In this document: piece after piece, positions 53,226 to 56,970 of the stretch
Layout of the letters: each line of letters opens with the position of its first letter
How positions within the stretch are numbered: position 1 is the first letter of the stretch
The notes under the pieces: model-generated
Told to the model about the DNA's origin: nothing
Seen by the model: only the letters and a program-made list of their open reading frames with translations
Database searches by the model: none
Source: Macrostomum lignano
Lineage: Eukaryota
Direction of reading: 5' to 3'
Length of the DNA stretch: 56,970 nt
Assembly: GCA_002269645.1 (NCBI GenBank)
Contig: NIVC01002328.1
Location: forward strand, 1-56,970
Translations under genes and position numbers: made by a program

Positions 53226-56056
53226 ATACAGGATGAGTGCCAAGTGGGGAAGTGGCGCCAAAAAAGCTGAGCAGCACACAAACATTGGCACCCCAGAGTG
53301 GAAATGGGTTCCACAATGCAAGGTCTATTTTATACTGGAAAACTTTTCAGTACGGAATTTTATGGCTGACTTGATATGCATTTGCAGAAAAACTTTTACT
53401 TGAATATTTACATGTATATGTACATACACAACAAACCCGTTGTTTTGTGGTCAATACACTTTAGTGCATGTGTTGTTGCTATATGCTGCCTTTTCTTTGG
53501 GATATCATTAATAGAGTTGTTTGTTTTATTATTTATAATCCAAAATTCAGAAAGTAAAGAGTGAATAATTTGCCTAATGCAAAATATAGAAAAACCCATC
53601 CTGAATGACAGGGTAAGCTTATAATTCTCATATACTAGAGAGACAGAGGTAGACAGTGTCATATAGACAGAGTCAATTCAGCCTATGATTGCATAATTCT
53701 CACAAATTTTGCCCATTTTCACACTTTCACAAACAGCCATCCCATCTCTATCTCATGAATGCAACATGTCGGCAAGCAAAGCATTAGTCGCCATTTAGGG
53801 GTCAGCCGCCAGTAATGTGCGAATTCAACTGAAACTGGAAAATTGAGTTGGCCTCTATATTACTTGTCTCAATGCTTTGATTCATCCACCGGATTCCACC
53901 CTAGCTGGATGAGATCCAACAGGGGTGGCGGTATAATCATGGATGAATGGCATGCATGGTATATATAGAATGCGTCAATAAAACGGCTTCACGCGTATAC
54001 TGGTGGTTTCAATTTTGCCTTACTGCAATCAATACTAGCTATTACTAATGACTATTCAATAGCTATTAAATAGCTAGACTAGTGGCTGCCTAAATGCCTT
54101 CGATTTTTACAGAGGCGCGAGCTATATTTTACAGATCCTCAATTTATCTAAAAACCATTTGCGCAACCGCTGTGGGGTGGCCGTCCACTTTCCGCAGTAG
54201 CTTATAGACACCTGAAAAAATTGTGATGAGCAAATTTGAGGAAAATTCTGGAAACAGCCCACCGCTCAGCCTTGCTCCTTTGGATCCGCCACCCTTGAGT
54301 TCGGTGTATTGTTTGGAAGAAGCAGAGCAGGTGCGAAGCCAGGGGCTGGGCAAGTGGAGATTCTTTTGAAGGGGTAAAGCTCTCCCAAAGCGCCCTACAA
54401 CCCAGCTAGTGACCTTAAAGCTGCCTTGCCCCGACCGCGCCCTACCAAAGCGCCCTCATAGCGCCACATCGTACCGAATCGTCCCCCCCCCCAATAAGCG
54501 CTCCCGAAGCTAGCCCAGAACACAAGACACCCGCTTTTTAGAGCACACGCTTTAGCGCCCTTTTGGCGTCTTTTTAGCGTCCCTTAGAAGCGCGACTTCC
54601 CAGCGCGCAACCCAATAAATATCTCGACTTTACCTATGGGAGTACAGTAGTTAATTATAAGCAAACAATTATAGATTCTTGCATGTGAGATATCAAACAG
54701 AAAGTAAATGTGTTTTTCTTAGATTAACTTGCTTGTATAAAATTCTTTTCGTTGTGATTGGTTTCAGTTTCTTTGCGCCTTTTTGTGAAGCTTTCATTGA
54801 GCTTATTCGGTCGTAAGTTATAAAAACCGCTAGAAGTAGACTCCTTATACTCCTAGTGGTTCTTGAAATACGATGGAGCTTATTGGCAATCTATACCAAT
54901 AAGATTCTTTTGGTACGTAGGTGCGCCCTGCACCATGCTTGGGGCGCCACGCTGGGGGTGATAAAGGGCATGGAATGCCACATTTACATGCTTACTAGAA
55001 GGCACTGGCGCTGCTTTGTAACGGCGAACATTTTAGTGGCGCCGAGGGGGGCGCTGTTTGGGGTGGCAAGCTCGCGGACACCCATCATGTTTGTTTAATT
55101 ATTCTGTTTTGGCTTTAGCCCGCACCAAACTATTCAAGCACCATTAGGCTTTTCAAAGCCATTTACCACATCTACCTGCTGAATACATGTACATCTCTGG
55201 CGCCGAATGCAGATAGAGTTACTGGCCGCAGTACTAAAGTTAGCGCGGTAATGTAGCTAGTTAAAATAAGCTATGCCTATTTATTCCGTAGAGTTAGCGC
55301 AGTCACACAATGGAGTCCGCCACTTTTTGACACTGAATTGTCCGAAAATAGTTGATATTTCGTCAACCTTTGCTTTACTACTGTAAGTAGAGAATAAAAT
55401 ATTTGACTGTTATTTTTACCGGAGATTTACAAATCAAAGTCTGAAAATCCGGTGTTCAAAGCTCAAATACGTAAAACAAAATGGTTATTGTTTTTTTGAC
55501 AACAACTTATAAAATTGCTTTGATTTGTAATTTAGGTGAAAGCAAAACATATATTCTGTTTATTTTACTAGCTAAAAACTTTTTATTGCCTGCATTTTTT
55601 ACCCGTCCGGTTGATGATTCTTTGTCCGGTTGATGGTGCACGAATCTGTAAACCGAACCGAATGGACAGAATTGCATCATCAACCGGACAGGGCTAAATG
55701 TGAAAGTTACCAGCAAATTTAAGTCACATATTTAATGTCAATCAATAGATCATTTTATGCTGAATAAAATGAGACATTGGGTATAAAAAACGGAGCCGCG
55801 ATTGTAAAGTTATAAACATTTTTTCAGTAGCCGCTGAAAAACAAAAATCTTCGCAAAACGTAAATTTCACAATTTTTTCATCAGATAAACACAAATATCT
55901 TTTTTTCTACAGAAAACTATCAAACGATGGATGTGTCGTTTTGCAGATAGTTACAAGTTCTTTCAAACGAGTGGTTAAGTTAAGCTTTTAAGTTTGTTAT
56001 TGTCAAGTATGGTAGTAAAATAGAAGCTGATGAACTTGTCCGGTTTTGAAGATTCA

Positions 56057-56081
56057 TTGTCCGGTTGATGATGTTTTACCC
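56057..56081 (-). repeat. Matching TIR of 39910-39934, followed by TA
   Basis: TTGTCCGGTTGATGATGTTTTACCC|TA; more CCGGAC/GTCCGG subterminal motifs at 55606-55695 and 56036. Confidence 0.7.
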
Positions 56082-56970
56082 TAGTGGTACCCCTGTACCT
56101 GTACCGATAGGTTTTTTTAGATTTGAATATAGTAAGTCAGCAAGTATGAAATTCTACTTCTAGCCAACAATTTATTATTATAGCATTTTTTAAATAACAG
56201 CGTTGCAAACACTTAAAAATAAAATTCTAATGTTTGTTGTTTCACTGAACTAAAGTAATAACCTCGAATTTTAAAAAAGAAGAAATACCCAGTGAAAAAT
56301 GATTTATGGATTCCACGTGGTTCCACGTGGCCATGTGGAATTTAAATGTTTCTTTAATTTTTGCAAATTAATGACTTAAAGATGACATAATGGTATGCAA
56401 AGTATTTTTTATGCATTATTTTTTTTATTTTTACTGTCCTAATGTTGATGTGGATTTTACAAGGAATTCAAGAGAAATAAGCGTATATTGATTCAACATG
56501 GAATCCACTTCGATAAAAAAACTGTGATACACCACATTCAGACGTTTTTATGAAATTACTATAATAAATTATTATATTTATATGCTTTTAAGTAAAAATT
56601 AATATCTTAAAGCTAAATTATAATCAGAAAATAAGATACTGTTTGTTAAAATAGACAAAATAGAAGTGAACAATAAAAAACGTTTCGTGCTTTTTAAAAT
56701 GAAATTAATTTTATTTTAAATTCGTCAATGTCTTGGTTCAAGGCCTTGAAACATAAATTGCCTTGTTTATGGCTATTTAAGCACCTTAAAAATTTTAGTA
56801 GACCTAGCCTATAGGCAATAACTTATAAGGCCATGGCCTCCATGGGATTAGAAATTAGATAAATCAGTATTTTATCATAGATAGGCCTAATACTTTTGGT
56901 AAAGTCCATGATAAATTTATTTAGGCTTATCCAATTCTAGGAATCCATGGCGCATGTCCATAGATTGGCT

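Noticed and set aside
45165-54296. CAGTGGCGGATC / GATCCGCCAC as a TIR pair
   Set aside because: Only ~10 bp match, no TSD, and it is a common MITE end.

Overview
Metazoan nuclear DNA rich in repeats; host species cannot be determined from the sequence. (1) 2067-19600 is a nearly complete ~17.5 kb Polinton/Maverick (adintovirus-like endogenous dsDNA virus) with 364-bp TIRs. It encodes pPolB, DJR major capsid, penton, packaging ATPase, adenain-like protease, fibre, pX-like proteins, an HNH nuclease and a PLA2-integrase fusion. (2) 19601-27110 is the degraded right half of a related, divergent Polinton. (3) Host CCDC77 lies at 28.2-30.8 kb (minus strand). (4) An internally deleted Gypsy element lies at 32840-39406. 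(5) An intron-containing pogo-type transposase, probably fused to an OTU domain, lies at 47.1-51.9 kb. (6) Many minisatellites are present. Main discovery candidate: both Polintons carry a ~300-nt group IC1 self-splicing intron inserted between the Gly and Pro codons (GGT|CCN) of the PLA2 GPG loop. Any Gly-Pro codon pair necessarily spells GGNCC. By manual scan GGNCC is absent from all 25 kb of viral DNA but common in the host flank. The gene slot just upstream holds an HNH nuclease in one copy and an Eco47II-like (GGNCC-family) restriction-type nuclease, with no methylase, in the other. My inference is a nuclease + site-avoidance + protective-intron system. Motif counts and family assignments were done by eye and need computational confirmation.
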